The notes beneath the pieces were generated by a model. The model searched no databases, was not told where the DNA came from, and was given only the letters and a program-made list of their open reading frames with translations. A stretch of 64,000 bases of DNA from Eledone cirrhosa (taxonomy: Eukaryota), in NCBI GenBank assembly GCA_964016885.1, contig OZ024740.1, positions 62,930,001-62,994,000 of the forward strand, written 5' to 3'. The stretch's first letter is position 1, and the number at the start of each line of letters is the position of its first letter. Positions 1 through 15,408 of this stretch are shown here, in pieces. The position numbers and the translations under genes were made by a program.

Positions 1-130
1 CTGCCGAGGTTAGCTACGTCTTTCATCCTTTCGGGTCGATAAAATAAAGCAACAGTAATGCACTGGGTTGATTTAATCGACTTTTCTCTCGCCACAAATT
101 GCTGGCATTTTACCTATAGTAGAAATCATT
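1..130 (+). mobile_element. tRNA-derived SINE family A, 3' part
   Basis: Contains ctttcatcctttcgggtcgataaaataaag...cagtaatgcactggg, shared with more than 10 other copies in the window. Confidence 0.75.
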
Positions 131-584
131 ATTTAACTTATTATCCGATGGTTTGATGAAAGTACAGTGTAGAAAATATTCATGGTAGAGCAAATAGCAC
201 GGTAGTTGTTTGGACCCCTTGAATCCGAATTTAAATACCGTTGAGAACAACTTTCGGAGTCGATCAATAAAGTATCAGTTCAAGTGTAGTGGATTAGCAG
301 AATTGTTAAAGAGTCTGATGGGATGTTCTGAAGTATTTATTGCGGCTTTAATCGTTCTGTGGTAAGAAATTCTCAGGAGAGCTTGGCCAGCAAAAGTTAT
401 TCCGGGAAGAAGCCCCTCTCATGCTTGCAGTTCGAGAGTTGCAACAAAGAGATAGTACCAGCCATGCAAATATTAATGGAAATATAACTTCCTTGGTCCA
501 ATCTGACGATCGTCACATTTTGTTATATATATTTATAAATTAGTAGAACGAAAATGACAGAGGTTATTAAAGTCATAAAAGTAA

Positions 585-708
585 CAATTGTTTCTACTAT
601 TGGCACAAGGCCAGCAAATACCCAGTACATTACTGGTACTTTATTTTATCGACCCCGTAAGGATGAAAGGCAGAGTTAACCTCGGCGGGATTTGAACTCA
701 GAATGGCA
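585..708 (-). mobile_element. SINE family A, partial
   Basis: aattgtttctac...ggcacaaggccagc...atcgaccccgtaaggatgaaaggc...gggatttgaactc; reverse complement contains the B box GAGTTCAAATCC. Confidence 0.8.
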
Positions 709-948
709 CCTACACACATCTAAATACGTACATACATGCATGCATATACATGCACGTACACATAAACATGCGCACACGTACGTACACCCACGATTGACAC
801 ATGTACCCGCACACATACGAACGTATATACCAAATACACATATAAAATATGTGTGTGTGTGGGTGTGTGTAAACAAATAATTATATAAACGTATATAAAT
901 ATACACACATATACAAACATACATACTTACATACATACAAGGGTTTCG

Positions 949-1650
949 TTGCATTCCATGCGTGGCTGTCTTCATTGACCAAACATTTATGCTCCACCAG
1001 CCATTCCACGCTCCACCTCGCTGTTTCGGTCTCACATTCTACACCGGAACCTGGGACTTGCGCAGTCAGAATGAACAGCAGCTCATTGCATTCTCCTTTA
1101 ATCTTCTCTCCACACTGCACCCTATACCAGTGTACCATCTACATGCACAGAGCGAAATACATGCACCACACAGAAATGCTCTTACACACACATAGTACCA
1201 TTGCGCATACAACCTACAACTTTAAATCTCTTGCTAATACACACACATGTAGAAACACACATATACTCACATACACACGCATTCGTACATGTTTACACAC
1301 ATTCTCATATAACGTCGTATATTGTTGCGTTGCTATGACGATCTAATGGTCGTTATATGTTGATTTTTTCACTCCTGTTATTTTACCTTTTGGAGTCAGG
1401 TTGTGTTTTTTTACATATATTTTTATTTATATTTGATACACGCATTCACAAACCATATACGTATACGATGTTAATACACCTAGACAAACCTACACACCCC
1501 CACGAACAATGAATGCATCACCCCAATAGCTATAAATACAAAGAAAAATGAAATACAACACTCACGCACTCACATCTTTTATCCTCTTGTAATTTGTGAA
1601 CTTCATCTTTGTGTTACCCTTCATGAAGAACTAACGTCTGACAATATATT
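949..1650 (+). mobile_element. Degenerate Penelope-like element 3' end (GIY-YIG C-terminus plus 3' UTR)
   Basis: Frameshifted translation KHLCSTSHS...FGLTFYTGTWDLRSQNEQQLI...LSTLHP resembles the H..H...R...E..LI...TL.P end of PLE endonucleases. Confidence 0.4.
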
Positions 1651-1659
1651 TATGTATAA

Positions 1660-1848
1660 TAATTGTTTTTACTTTTGGCACGAGGCCAGCAATTACACCA
1701 GTGTATTACTGGTGGTTTATTTTATCGACCCCGTAAGGAGGAAAGGTAAAGTTAACGTCGGCGGGATTTGAACGACAGAAAAGGGCTGTAACTCTAGGCT
1801 GCAAAGCATGGTGTCTGACGCTCTACTGATACTGCCAATCCACCGCCC
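1660..1848 (-). mobile_element. SINE family A, near full length
   Basis: Same core; head on the minus strand reads ggcggtggattggcagtatc (A-box-like) and gttcaaatccc (B box). Confidence 0.8.
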
Positions 1849-2846
1849 TAACACACACCAGTCTCACTGTGATTGTTTTAAGACGTAATCGTATCATTAT
1901 GTACGTATTTCATTACTAGTATCATTCCCCAGTAGCGTTTATTTCCAGTATACTGGATGGGGTTCTAAGTTTATGTATGTATGAATGTATGTATGAATGT
2001 ATGTATGAATGTATGTATGAATGTATATATGTATATATGTTATTCTGGTTTTATAATTTCACAAAGTTTTACCAATAGAGAGAGAGTCGGTTTCTAACAT
2101 AGATACAAGACTCTCATTGGAATTTACACAACATCAACTAGGTAGATATGTATGTATGCATGTATGTGTAGATATGGATGTGATTGTATGTGTGGATGTG
2201 TATGTTTTGAGTTGTATGTGTACATGTGTATATGCAGTTATTAGATGCAACATTTTTGGAATGTTTTACATATTTTTACTGTTCCATTAATGGATTGACA
2301 ATAATCACAGGCATAGATCTGAAGGTGTAATCAGGGTGGAGTATCTGCAGATTTCTCATCAGTTCTGTATGTATGTATGTATGTATGTATGTATGTATGT
2401 ATGTATGTATGTATGTATGTATGTATGTATGTATGTATGTATGTATGTATGTACGTACGTACGTACGTACGTACGTATGTATGTATATATGTATGTATAT
2501 ATATATACATTATGGATGAAAACAGAAAACCAAACGAATCACACAATCAGTCCCAACTCACGCACACACACAAATATATCTATAAACTTTTCTGTATATT
2601 AACTAGGTCAATATCGGGTAGTAATCTCCACGGCATCAAACTATTTAGAATATTCCCTAGTCCACCATAATAACGGGCACCTTTGTTGCCCTCACTAAAA
2701 TCACTTGATGAATTTCCCTGAGGAAGTGAACATGCTTCAAGTCACATGCCATACTATATCATAATGGCAGTATTGCAATTCAGTTCGACTCTTATGAAAC
2801 ATATAAAAGATGTAGCTTTATCTCTGTTTTTATATACATAGACATA

Positions 2847-2884
<38 letters not shown>

Positions 2885-4669
2885 ATTCTATATAAATTTT
2901 ACGATTTATGGAGGCGTTTGGATGATTTAAAATTTTGAAATATTGATATTTTACCGGATTTTCAAACTTTAGTGTAGCGATTCTGTGTTTGTGTATCAAT
3001 ATTTCAAAATAATTGTATACATTTAATCGTGTTTGTGTGTACGTTATGTTGATGTTTGTAAATTAAAGGCAATTCACAGAGTAATTAAAGGAAAATCTGT
3101 TAGGTTCATTTAACCTAATGTATCTACCTCATCATCGGTATGTTATTTTGACATCAACAAGGAATACCAATCCGTGGTCGATTCGATATATCATCATTCT
3201 CTTTATGACATTATTCAATTTGTTATTAGAGAATAGCGAAATATGAAAAGGAAACGAAAAACCCAATGGTGAAACTAATAAGTGAATTAATCGAAATATC
3301 TTACAACATTTACTAATGTGTTTAACATTTGTAATTTATAAACATTCATAAGGAAATATAATCGTGAAATGTGAATGTAGTTTGATATGTTATTTTCATT
3401 GATGTATGTCCACAATATTTCCTTCGTTTCTTTCAAATTATAATTGCTATAAGAATATTGTCATAATGGCAAAAGTTTGACTGGTCTCCGAATGTGTTTA
3501 AAAATGTCAGTCTATGATGGAGAAAAGAAAGTGGTCGTAGTAAATGAGAAATATATAGAGTTGGAGACTTTGAGAAAGGATGGGTTCAAAATAGGCAATA
3601 AAAGCAATATTTTTTACTAAGATCGACTCATCCATATAAAGGCTTGTACTTTGATCTTGGCATCTATACCTCTTGGTGGTTTTGTTCAACCTGTTTATTA
3701 ACAGAATCAGCACGAGGCAAGAATGTGGGGGGTAATGAGTGAATAACACGTGTTTTCTTAGCGTAGTTTTCAGGGAGATCCAGAGGGATACATTATGTGC
3801 TAAGGCTAGCACCTTTAATTATAGGCACAACGCAAAATAAAGTTTCTTCTTCAAGGACACAAGGTTCCACCCTTAATGAATCTCACGACCTTAACCATTA
3901 AGCCACGTGCCTTCACACGTTACTATTATGATACTCATAGTATTCACTATAACTAGCCATATAACTATATAATGCAGGGCAGGGGGAATGGTTGGCGTAG
4001 CGGGTTTCTCCGCGCCAACGCTTTCGCGATCTTTTCCGAGGCGTACAACTGATACATATCGTATAGCCAAGGGTGTAGAGTTTTCCCCTCCCCATTTCTT
4101 TCTTTCGTTTTTAGATTTAGTTTTATTTATTTTATTTTATTTTTTTTTTTGCATGCTTTCCTTTCCTCCCTTTCTACTTGAAAACTATACCTAATACACG
4201 GACAAATCAATGTGACTGTTGTCTTCATATCTTCCCTAGAAACATTGGCAAATAAATAGAATATGCAGCGCTGACCTTAAATCTAACCAAAAATCGTGAA
4301 TAAGTAAAAAAAAATAAAAGGTTAAAAATTATTTACACATATAGAAGGTATGAAATTCAAAAGTAAGTCATTTTTTTCATCGGTTTTATTAAGAATTTTA
4401 AAAAAATGATCAAGCAAATATATAAAAAAAAATTTTGAACTTCAATATAACCTTCTTCCTCACAGACACATTGAATAGGTGGTTCAACAATGAAATCATT
4501 TTAGCTAAATAAAACTGTTAGAATTTGGAGAGCTATTAGTTAACAAATGATATATTGAAAGCTCGGAGAAGCGCCTTTTCCATCCTGTCCGCCGCAAAGT
4601 TTTATTTATTTATTAACAACACAGTTTAACTCTTTTTTTTTTTAAACTCATTTGTATAAAAATTTAATA

Positions 4670-4856
4670 TAATTGTTTCTACTCTTGGCACAAGGCCAGC
4701 AATTCACCAGTGCATTACTGGTATTTTATTTTATCGACCCCGTAAGGATGAAAGGCAAAGTAAAACTCGGCAGGATTTGAACTCAGAATGGCAAGGGCCG
4801 TAACTCTATGCGTCAAAGCATGGCGTCCGACCCTCTCCCTATGCTGGCAATCCACC
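4670..4856 (-). mobile_element. SINE family A, near full length
   Basis: Same family, A/B boxes on the minus strand. Confidence 0.8.
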
Positions 4857-4945
4857 ATTTAATATAATGCTTAGACAAATGCTTTTTTTTTTTTTAAAAA
4901 AGCAAGCCACAATAATTATTTATTTACAATAGTTTATCACTTTAC

Positions 4946-5452
4946 CTATTAATACGTTTGGTGAGCAAATGGGGTCCCACGTGCTGGCCTCCCCACAGCC
5001 CCGACGGACAGGATGGAGAAGGCGTTTCGCCGGAGGATGGTAAGGGAGATGCGCTGGAAGAGCCATTCCAACTCGTGAGGCTCACACCTGCGGCTGGCCA
5101 GCTCAGCGCAAATGGAGGTGAATAGGGAGGTAGCCCTAAGGCCAAGGAAACCAGAAGTCTCCACTGCCAAGGGCACGACCGCGAACCTGTCGGAGAGCGA
5201 CCGGTACTTGAAGAGTTTGGCCTCCTCAGCCCGACATGCAGCAGTACCTGGGTTAGTCACAGACTGCACCAGGTTGCGGCTGGAGAAAGTGTCGCTGAAA
5301 GTGGCATCCCAGACGAGGGGTTTGTCACTGCGCAACGGGAAGATGGTCATACTGTCTGGCCTTTTGCCATCCCCTTGGTCCAGCCCCACCCGCTCGAGCT
5401 GGGAGAGGAAGCCTGCAGCGTCCAAGCCATGCTTAATGACCTCGTTGAAACC
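4946..5452 (-). mobile_element. CRE-like non-LTR retrotransposon 3' fragment (restriction-like endonuclease domain)
   Basis: ORF 4949-5425: GKRPDSMTIFP...LVWDATFSDT...AEEAKLFKY...PLAVETSG...QRISL...RNA, a PD-(D/E)xK RLE signature of early-branching non-LTR elements. Confidence 0.8.
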
Positions 5453-5879
5453 TATTTAATTTAAAATAAAAAAAATATTTAGGAGAATACTGAAGCAAGG
5501 AGAACTTTTTGAAAAGAGGAATAGAATGGGAGGAAGGGGAGAGAATCGAAGAGAAAGAAAGTGAGAGAATGAGAAGATGAGTGAGGAAAGAAGAAAGGGA
5601 ACGATAGGAAGAGGATAGTAATATATAATGTCATGTACATTATAAAGCCAACACATTTCGACTGACAATATCAGTTGAAAGAACATCGAAGTAATATCAC
5701 CCCAATGGACTAAGAATATTGATTTATTAGTGATTTTATCATCATTTTTCACTTATGACTAAAAATGCAATGAAACTCCAACAACGTTACTTTCATTAGC
5801 TTGGGAATTTTTTTTTCATAAAAGCATTTTGAAAAAATATATATTCTCACCATAGATCAAAGTTACTATTCGACGCTTT

Positions 5880-6000
5880 GTTTTGTGTGATATATGACGT
5901 AATAGTTGACTATGACGTCATCAGTTAGCAAAAGAGTCTTTTACCAATTTGATAGTAAGACGTACTTCACGGCGTAAAAGGGGCGCCAAACTTTTAAATG
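5880..6000 (+). promoter_or_regulatory. Candidate promoter with CRE sites
   Basis: TGACGTAA (~5895), perfect TGACGTCA (~5913) and E2F-like GGCGCCAAA (~5982), locally CpG-rich, immediately upstream of the ORF at 6087. Confidence 0.4.
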
Positions 6001-6086
6001 CCATTGCAACTTTCTGCTGATTGACAGCAACAACTTTCGCCCTTATTCGATTCTTGAGAAATCGCTACTATTCCCTTTATATTAGG

Positions 6087-6632
6087 ATGAATCATGCAAA
6101 ATCAAAACGGATGAATTGTTATCGAGCACAAAATTTAGCGAAGGAAAATCTGTCAGTGAAATGTGGAATGGTAGTGCCTACAATACATTCCGTACCGCAC
6201 TATAAACTTAATTTTTGCTACACAGGTTCCAGAAAACGACGCGAGAAGAAACGTCCTGATACTTGCCCACCCTATGCTACTTTAAAAGATGATAAGGTTT
6301 CGAGAAGTTCAAACTTTCGACTTCACATTCCGTATGCAACAGATACGAATTTATCTTGTAAATCTTATGCTACGAATAACTCTTCTAATACCTCCCTAAT
6401 GGGGAAGGAAATATATTCTCCACGAGCTCCGTATGCGGTTTTCGACGCAAAAGAACAATATAGTACGATGTCAAATGTCGGAAAATATGTCGTTCAATAC
6501 CCTTATGCAACCAGCCAAGGCCCTGCCGTTTCGGAGACATCAGGCCGTGACATGCAGCAAGTCATCCCTCCGTACGCTTTGGACTTCCAAAAAGCATTAA
6601 ATATGAATTACAATGGAGACTGCATGAACTGA
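6087..6632 (+). CDS. Uncharacterised 181-aa ORF (or terminal exon) with six P/S-Y-A motifs
   Basis: Non-repetitive ORF with recurring PPYAT, IPYAT, KSYAT, APYAV, YPYAT, PPYAL; AATAAA at ~6716; acceptor-like sites at 6085 and 6225 leave the true 5' end uncertain. Confidence 0.6.
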   Translation: MNHAKSKRMNCYRAQNLAKENLSVKCGMVVPTIHSVPHYKLNFCYTGSRKRREKKRPDTCPPYATLKDDKVSRSSNFRLHIPYATDTNLSCKSYATNNSSNTSLMGKEIYSPRAPYAVFDAKEQYSTMSNVGKYVVQYPYATSQGPAVSETSGRDMQQVIPPYALDFQKALNMNYNGDCMN

Positions 6633-6954
6633 AAATGAAATATTTGCTTTAGATACATTATACACACACTATTGAGTTATATTATTTCATCATATGATGT
6701 TTTTTAAAATTTGTCAATAAATTCTCCTTTTTCCTTTTGCAGAGCATTAGACTTTCTTTACTTTCAAAATTAAATATTTTTATTAGCTACATTATTATTA
6801 TACAGAAAAAGAAAGCATCATTGGAAAGGACTATAAATACCGTAAACGAGAGGTAAAAGAGGGGAAGAGCAAGGACTACTAGACAAAGAAAGAAAGAAAG
6901 AAAGAGAGAAAGAAAGAAAGAAAGAAGGGGGGAATGGGAGAGGTTGACAGACTC

Positions 6955-7510
6955 TAAACCTAGGCCAGAGCGGTGTTTCGGTTGCGCACGGCGGACAAAA
7001 AGGCAAAGGCATTTCCGTGGACAATGGCTAGTGACACACGCTGCAACAACCACCCCACCTCGTGGGGCTCTTTCTTCAGACGGGCTGCTATCGATCCGAT
7101 TTTACGAAGGAACTCGTCAGTCCGGGATACGAAGACGCCTGACGTCTCGACAGCGACGGATGAAAAGAGGAAGCGGCTGGACAAGCTCCGATATGCACTT
7201 GTCTTTGCGTCCTCCGCATTGCGAGCTGCGGTACTGGGGTTTGTGGCAATTAAGTTGGACGCGGACATGTCACAGCATGTTGCATCCCAGCTGAGAGATT
7301 TACCTCCTTGGAAAGGAAGAGGGTTATTCCGTCGGGGTGTTTGCCGTCACAACGGTTGAGGTCTACTGGCTTCTCATTATGTCGTTGAGAGTGGCATGCT
7401 GGGGGAACCGGCATACTAATGGGTGCAGGCCGAATTCATCATTCACAGCTCCACAACAGCATTTATGTGGCTCAAACACGTGGAGGCCGAGGCCTTGGGC
7501 TATTCCGATG
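6955..7510 (-). mobile_element. CRE-like non-LTR retrotransposon 3' fragment, degenerate
   Basis: CCHC-like HKCCCG...GLHPLVC...H..LND, followed by RLE remnant AEDAKTSAY...AVETSG...QRVSLAIVHGNA. Confidence 0.75.
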
Positions 7511-7639
7511 TGAATTAGCAGTAATTTTGTAAACATTGTAGATTTTTGCACCCTTCCATGGACCTATCATTTTTATCTAAAGACATTTTTTCGAATTCCA
7601 ACTCGCCCGTCCCCTCAATCTATCTTATTTCTCATTCTT

Positions 7640-7675
7640 TCTTCTGATGAAGGACTAGTGTCCGAAACGTTAAGA
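7640..7675 (+). ncRNA. Minimal type I hammerhead ribozyme motif
   Basis: tctt-CTGATGA-a-ggac(tagt)gtcc-GAAAC-GTT-aaga; stem I tctt/aaga; palindromic AACGTT replaces stem III (dimer-type). Confidence 0.75.
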
Positions 7676-7756
7676 CACCCTTCCTGCTATATCAAGCGTT
7701 AACCTAATATATCCCTTCCATATACTGTACCGATTGTGTTGTTATTTCAGTTTACC

Positions 7757-9172
<1,416 letters not shown>

Positions 9173-11783
9173 TAACTTTGAATAACTTTGAATAACTTTG
9201 AAATGTTTTGGCCAGTATTGGCCCAGGCCATGTCTAACTTAATAGCACCACCTGGCGAAGTCTTTCAATTCAGGATTTGGGCACCATGGCCCATTCGAGA
9301 AGAGAATTACTGTTTGCGGAGACATATCCGGGTGTGGGTGGTTTGTCCGGGATTACTTGGAGGAATTTGTCCAAAGACTTCTTGAATTTTGTGTGGTCAG
9401 TTTCTGTTTTGACGTGTCCTGGTGTGATGTTGAAGAGAGCAGGGCCGATTGAGGTGAAATAATTGTGCCGTATTGTTGTTATGAGTTGCGATTTAGATTT
9501 TTGAATGGGACGGATAGCACGGGGCCCAAGCCTTGGGTGTATCTTGAAGGCGATGCCAACATCATTTGGGCAGTGATGATGGAACATTTTCCACATCATG
9601 CAGATAATATAACGCTCACGGCGACGTTGGAGTGAGTAAAGTTTCAGGTTTTCCAATCGACTCCAGTAGTCAAGGTCTGACATGCCATCTATCTTTTTCG
9701 TGATTGCCCTTTGAGGAGCTTCAAGTTTCATGATACTTTGTTTCGTGTGGGGAGACCACAGTGGACAACAGTATTCAAGGTGTGGTCGGGCGAAAGTAGA
9801 GAAGAGAAGGATAATGGTGCGGGAATCTCTCGACTGGAAGGTTCTGAGGATCCAGGAACACATTCTGCGGGCCATGTCAACTTTGCTGCTTATATGCGTG
9901 GTCCAGCTTATGTTGCTGTCCACGGTTACTCCCAAGTCTCTGATGTTGTTAGATGCCACGAGAGTTTCCCCGGAGGGAAGGGAGTACGGGAGTTTCAGAG
10001 CATCCTCTTTTCCAAAGTGGATCAGTTCGAATTTGTCTTCGTTCAGTAACATGTTGTTCTTTTCTGCCCATTGGGTAACAGCCAGTAGGTCTGACTGAAG
10101 GCTTATCCGGTCATCCACGCCATTGATGACCTTTTGGAGCTTGGAATCATCAGCGAAAATTTTAATGTTGCTGTGTTTGATGATGTCAGTGATGTCATTA
10201 ATATAGATGATGAAGAGAAGTGGGCCCAACACAGTGCCTTGTGGGACTCCACTACTGACTTTGGCTGGGCTTGATTTGACTCCCTCAACTACAACATGTT
10301 GGGTTCTGTTTGACAGGAAGCTCTTGATCCACTGCAGCAGCTTTCCAGTGACACCAATATTGGACAGCTTTCTCAGTAGAATGTTATGATCAACCCTGTC
10401 AAAGGCCTTGCTGAAATCAAGGTAGATAACATCAGTGTTGGAACCCTCTCCCAAGGCTCTCAAAATGTCATCAAAGTGATGCAGTAGTTGCGTCAGGCAA
10501 TCCCTTCCATTACGGAATCCATGCTGGTTGGAGTTCAGCATATTGTTACTCTCAAGGAAGTGGGTCATTCGCGATCTCACCACTCGCTCAAATACCTTAA
10601 TGATATGAGAGGTGAGTGAGATTGGACGGTAATTCACGGCAAGGGATTTGTTTCCCTTTTTGAAAACTGGGACAACAGACTGGGATAGAAGGTTTTCTGG
10701 CACATATCCAGCATCCAGTGAGTTCCGCCACAGATTGGCAAGAGGAGAAGCAAGTTGGTGTTGACACGCCTTCAAGACACAAGCAGGGAACCTATCGGGA
10801 CCTACTGCTGAATTATGCTTGATTTCCTTTATTGCCGCCAAGACATCAGGGGCGCCAAACGTTATGTCCGATAAGGTGTAATGGGGAGTAACATCGCCGA
10901 TACAGCCCAGATCGGCCATATCAGGATTGCTGAAAACAGAGCAGTATTGTTTCTGCAGTATCTCACCCATGGTTTTAGCATTGTCTTGAAGAGTGCCATT
11001 TTCATCAATTAGAGGGCCAACAGTAGAGCCAGTGATTTTGTGTTTTTTTGCAAATGAAAAGAACACTTTGGGATTGAGTTTGATCTTCTCAATGGCCCAG
11101 GCCTCTTCAGCTCTTCTCTGATTGTTGATGAGGGACATTATGTTGTTTTGGAGGTTATGTTTTTTAATCTCTAGTGATGAAATGGCAGTCAAGTTGATGT
11201 GTTGCTGCTGACAGTATTTCAGCTTGTTGATTTTTTTGTTCGTTCTCTTAATTTTTCTGATGAGCGTTTTTCTATTTCTAGGGATTCTGCTCTTAGATTT
11301 GTTTATAGTTCTTAATGGGGTGTGTTTAGCACATATGTTTGTAACAGTGTCCACAAATGTCTGCCAGGACTTTTTGATGTTAGTGGGTGTATGAGTGTGC
11401 GTGAAGGACCAGTCGACATGTGCAAGATCATGACTGATCGCTTCCCAGTTTGCATTGTGGAAATCCATAGCGTCAAACGGATGGACAGGAGAAATGACAT
11501 TGGGTTTGTATATTGGACGGTGGAATCTCAGATCACAGAGAACCATGTCATGATCAGAGAGTAGAGTTTTCTCCACTGCAATATTGTGGATATTGTCAGT
11601 GTGATTGCTGAAAATTAAGTCTAGGACGTTTTTGTGGCACCTCGTTGGTTCGAGCACTAGTTGGGATAGGAAGAAATCATCCATGAAGTCAAGAAGCGAT
11701 TCCACAGCTTCCCTGTCAGAGGTTGAGGCAGAAGAACCTGGTGGCAGGGTGTTTGTGGACCAGTCAACTCCGGGGAGGTTGAA
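9173..11783 (-). mobile_element. CR1-group LINE, 5'-truncated, ORF2 uninterrupted (end of APE domain plus RT)
   Basis: [16 protein letters not shown] (APE); [36 protein letters not shown] (RT); [13 protein letters not shown]; stop at 9270; 3' tail of (AAAGTTATTC) tandem units; both flanks are (TA)n. Confidence 0.92.
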
Positions 11784-12610
<827 letters not shown>

Positions 12611-13029
12611 TGCATATAATCCTAAAGAAGTCGTAGAGACACCGTTATGATATACGGCATGTCTTGGGCCCTTAAACCTGGCCCTTAAACTCTTAAGCAA
12701 TATATATGTATCAACTTTGATATATAGAAATGGCTTCTACAGGACTAGAACTCTTTCATCGAAAGAAATCATCAAGAAAGACTGAGACTCTCACTCAAAC
12801 ACACACACACACACTAATACACACACACAGACACACATACGCGCGCACGCACGCACGCACACACACACACACATATATGTATATATAGGTAAATGTTTGT
12901 ATGTATATATACCTATATATATGGCCAAGACTTTCGAATAGGAATCCAAAAGAAGAGGCCGCACAGGACAATTTAACAGAATAATGGACTGTCCCTTCTC
13001 CGCAGTCAACTTCTGGAAATCACTATACA

Positions 13030-13138
13030 TCCTTTGAAAAGGAAGAGGTTAATTCCGTCGGCGTGCTTGCCGTCACCACGGTCGAGGCCTACTGGCTTAT
13101 CATTATGTCGTGAAAGTGGCATGCTGGTTAAACCGGCC
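13030..13138 (-). mobile_element. CRE-like RLE short fragment
   Basis: AGLTSM...PVGLDRGDGKHADGINLF matches the 4949 ORF. Confidence 0.6.
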
Positions 13139-13235
<97 letters not shown>

Positions 13236-14015
13236 TGTGTGTGTGTGCGTGTATGCGTGTGTGCGTGTGTGTGCGTGTGTGTGTGTTTGTGCGTACGTGC
13301 ATTGTGTGTGTATATCCTTGTTTGTGTTTACGTTTGTTTATTTTGTTTATGTCCCGTAAGTTAGCCGTTCTGTTCGACAAAGAGAGATCGATAAAAAATA
13401 AGTACCTGACTTGAAAAATATGCACTTGGTGTCCTTATAATCAATTAATTCCTTCAAGATGGCACCATAGCTTGGTCGCAGTGAAATGACTGAAACCAGT
13501 AAGAGAGTAAAAGAATAAAAGAGTATGAATTCTTCACACATTATCATTGCTGTTTATTGAAGCACTAGATTGAAATGTCTAGTCTCCTTAATACAATTGT
13601 TCTTCAGGTCGAGTCTTATTCCTTACGCCGCTCTTTACTGCTATATAAGCTATATGTTCTTAGAATATTATATGCATCTCAAAACAGATTGTTGTCATTG
13701 CTAAAAGTTACATATAAATCTGTACAAAACACAGACATTTTCTATGATCAAATATTCATTGAATCATACCCAACTATATTTATAAAAAGAAGAGAAGGGA
13801 AAAGAAAAGAAAAAAAAACGAAGGTACACGGTATAATATAGCCATAGAAAATAAGATAGTATGATCTAAGCTGCAACACCTTCCATCGTAGGTCGTAGAG
13901 GGATAAGCAACAACAAATCTCACTTTTCCTCTTCTTGTTCCTCTATTTTTCTACAACAAAAACAATAAGAACAACAAGAACAAGAACAACAACAAGAACA
14001 ACAAGAACAACAACA

Positions 14016-14058
<43 letters not shown>

Positions 14059-14387
14059 TCAGTACGCATATTTGCCATTGATTCTATGTAACAACGTACA
14101 TGTGACAGAGACGCAAGTTCAGCAGTAACACAGAACAGAATCACTATATGTGTGTGTTTATGTAGTGGCGAATGGTAATAACACGAACCAGTAGGTAAAA
14201 AGTTGTCATCCGGCCCATCCCACACCACTTTCGTCCTATCTGTCTTTCCGACGTGCAGAACCGAGAAATCTGTCAACCGGAGGTCAACCGGAGGCTTTAA
14301 AGTTCATCACTACACACCAACGAAACATTCTCATATTATATACATTAAAAACAATTATCACGCTATTTTCACAATCTATGCAGCATG

Positions 14388-14670
14388 GATGTGGAGGCAC
14401 ATAACTTTGTGGTAAGGGCGTTGGACTTAGAATCATAATGTCGTGGTTTCGATTCCTGGGCTGGGTTGCGTGTTGTATTCTTGAGCAAAACACTTCATTT
14501 CACATTGTTCCAGAATACTCAGCTGAAAATAGGTATCAATAATAGCTGGGGGTTTAACCCGGTGATGGACTGGCTTCTTGTCCAAGGGGACATCTTGTAC
14601 TCTCAGTCGCTTCATGCCATGGAACCGGAATAAGCACCGGCCTAACGAGTCTTAAATGGTTTAAGATAGA
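14388..14670 (+). mobile_element. tRNA-derived SINE family B (V-SINE-like)
   Basis: A-box-like gtggtaagg, B box gtttcgattcc, then cttgagcaaaacactt and gatggactggc...gtccagggg-like central block; related pieces at ~42705, ~53280-53405 (-) and ~59680. Confidence 0.65.
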
Positions 14671-14714
14671 CTTTAGATGTAATCTGTACTTGTAATATTC
14701 CCATCATACTTTGT

Positions 14715-14825
14715 AAATCCCGCCGAGGTTAACTTTGCCTTTCATCCTTACGGGTCGATAAAATAAAGTACCAGTAATGCACTGGGTAATTGCTTGCCTT
14801 GTGCCAAACGTAGAAACAATTATTA
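14715..14825 (+). mobile_element. SINE family A, 3' part
   Basis: aaatcccgccgaggttaactttgcctttcatccttacgggtcgataaaataaagtaccag. Confidence 0.8.
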
Positions 14826-15214
14826 CCATTTGGTATTTATGCAGAGCACGTCTCTCTATATTTTTACCTAATAATGATTACAATATTAGCCACGTTCACC
14901 TTTCAATATGATACATATTGTTACTAAAACGAGGGAATTTTACTCAGAAAATGTTATTCAAGCAGAGGCTACAGTTGCAGACACTTGCCCAAGTTACGAT
15001 CTTTTATAATAATGTAGCCGGAAAAAGTACTACTGGTATCAAAACTGATGCTGCTAACACTTTCACTGTGAGCTAATGAGGGATCTTTAGCATTGTTGCT
15101 TGTCCTGTTAGAAATAAAAACCAATTCTGATAAAGCAGTCTTATATCTACTTTAAGTAAGAAAAAATAAGTTTACCACAATTGCAGTGAATTTAATCTTT
15201 GGTTTGCTCGAAAA

Positions 15215-15215
15215 A

Positions 15216-15253
<38 letters not shown>

Positions 15254-15256
15254 ACG

Positions 15257-15301
<45 letters not shown>

Positions 15302-15312
15302 CCACCACCACC

Positions 15313-15400
<88 letters not shown>

Positions 15401-15408
15401 ATAACAAC
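15215..15408. repeat. Compound trinucleotide repeat (CAG)(CAA)(CAC)(CAA)(CAG)
   Basis: Directly visible. Confidence 0.95.

Noticed and set aside
14388-14460. tRNA gene
   Set aside because: A/B boxes run into SINE body sequence and no cloverleaf is evident; the same applies to family A heads
14995-15070. Possible minus-strand exon (ESVSSISFDTSSTFSGYIIIKD) and similar isolated candidates at ~14200, ~22700 and ~53200
   Set aside because: Single open stretches without phase-linked neighbours or recognisable homology
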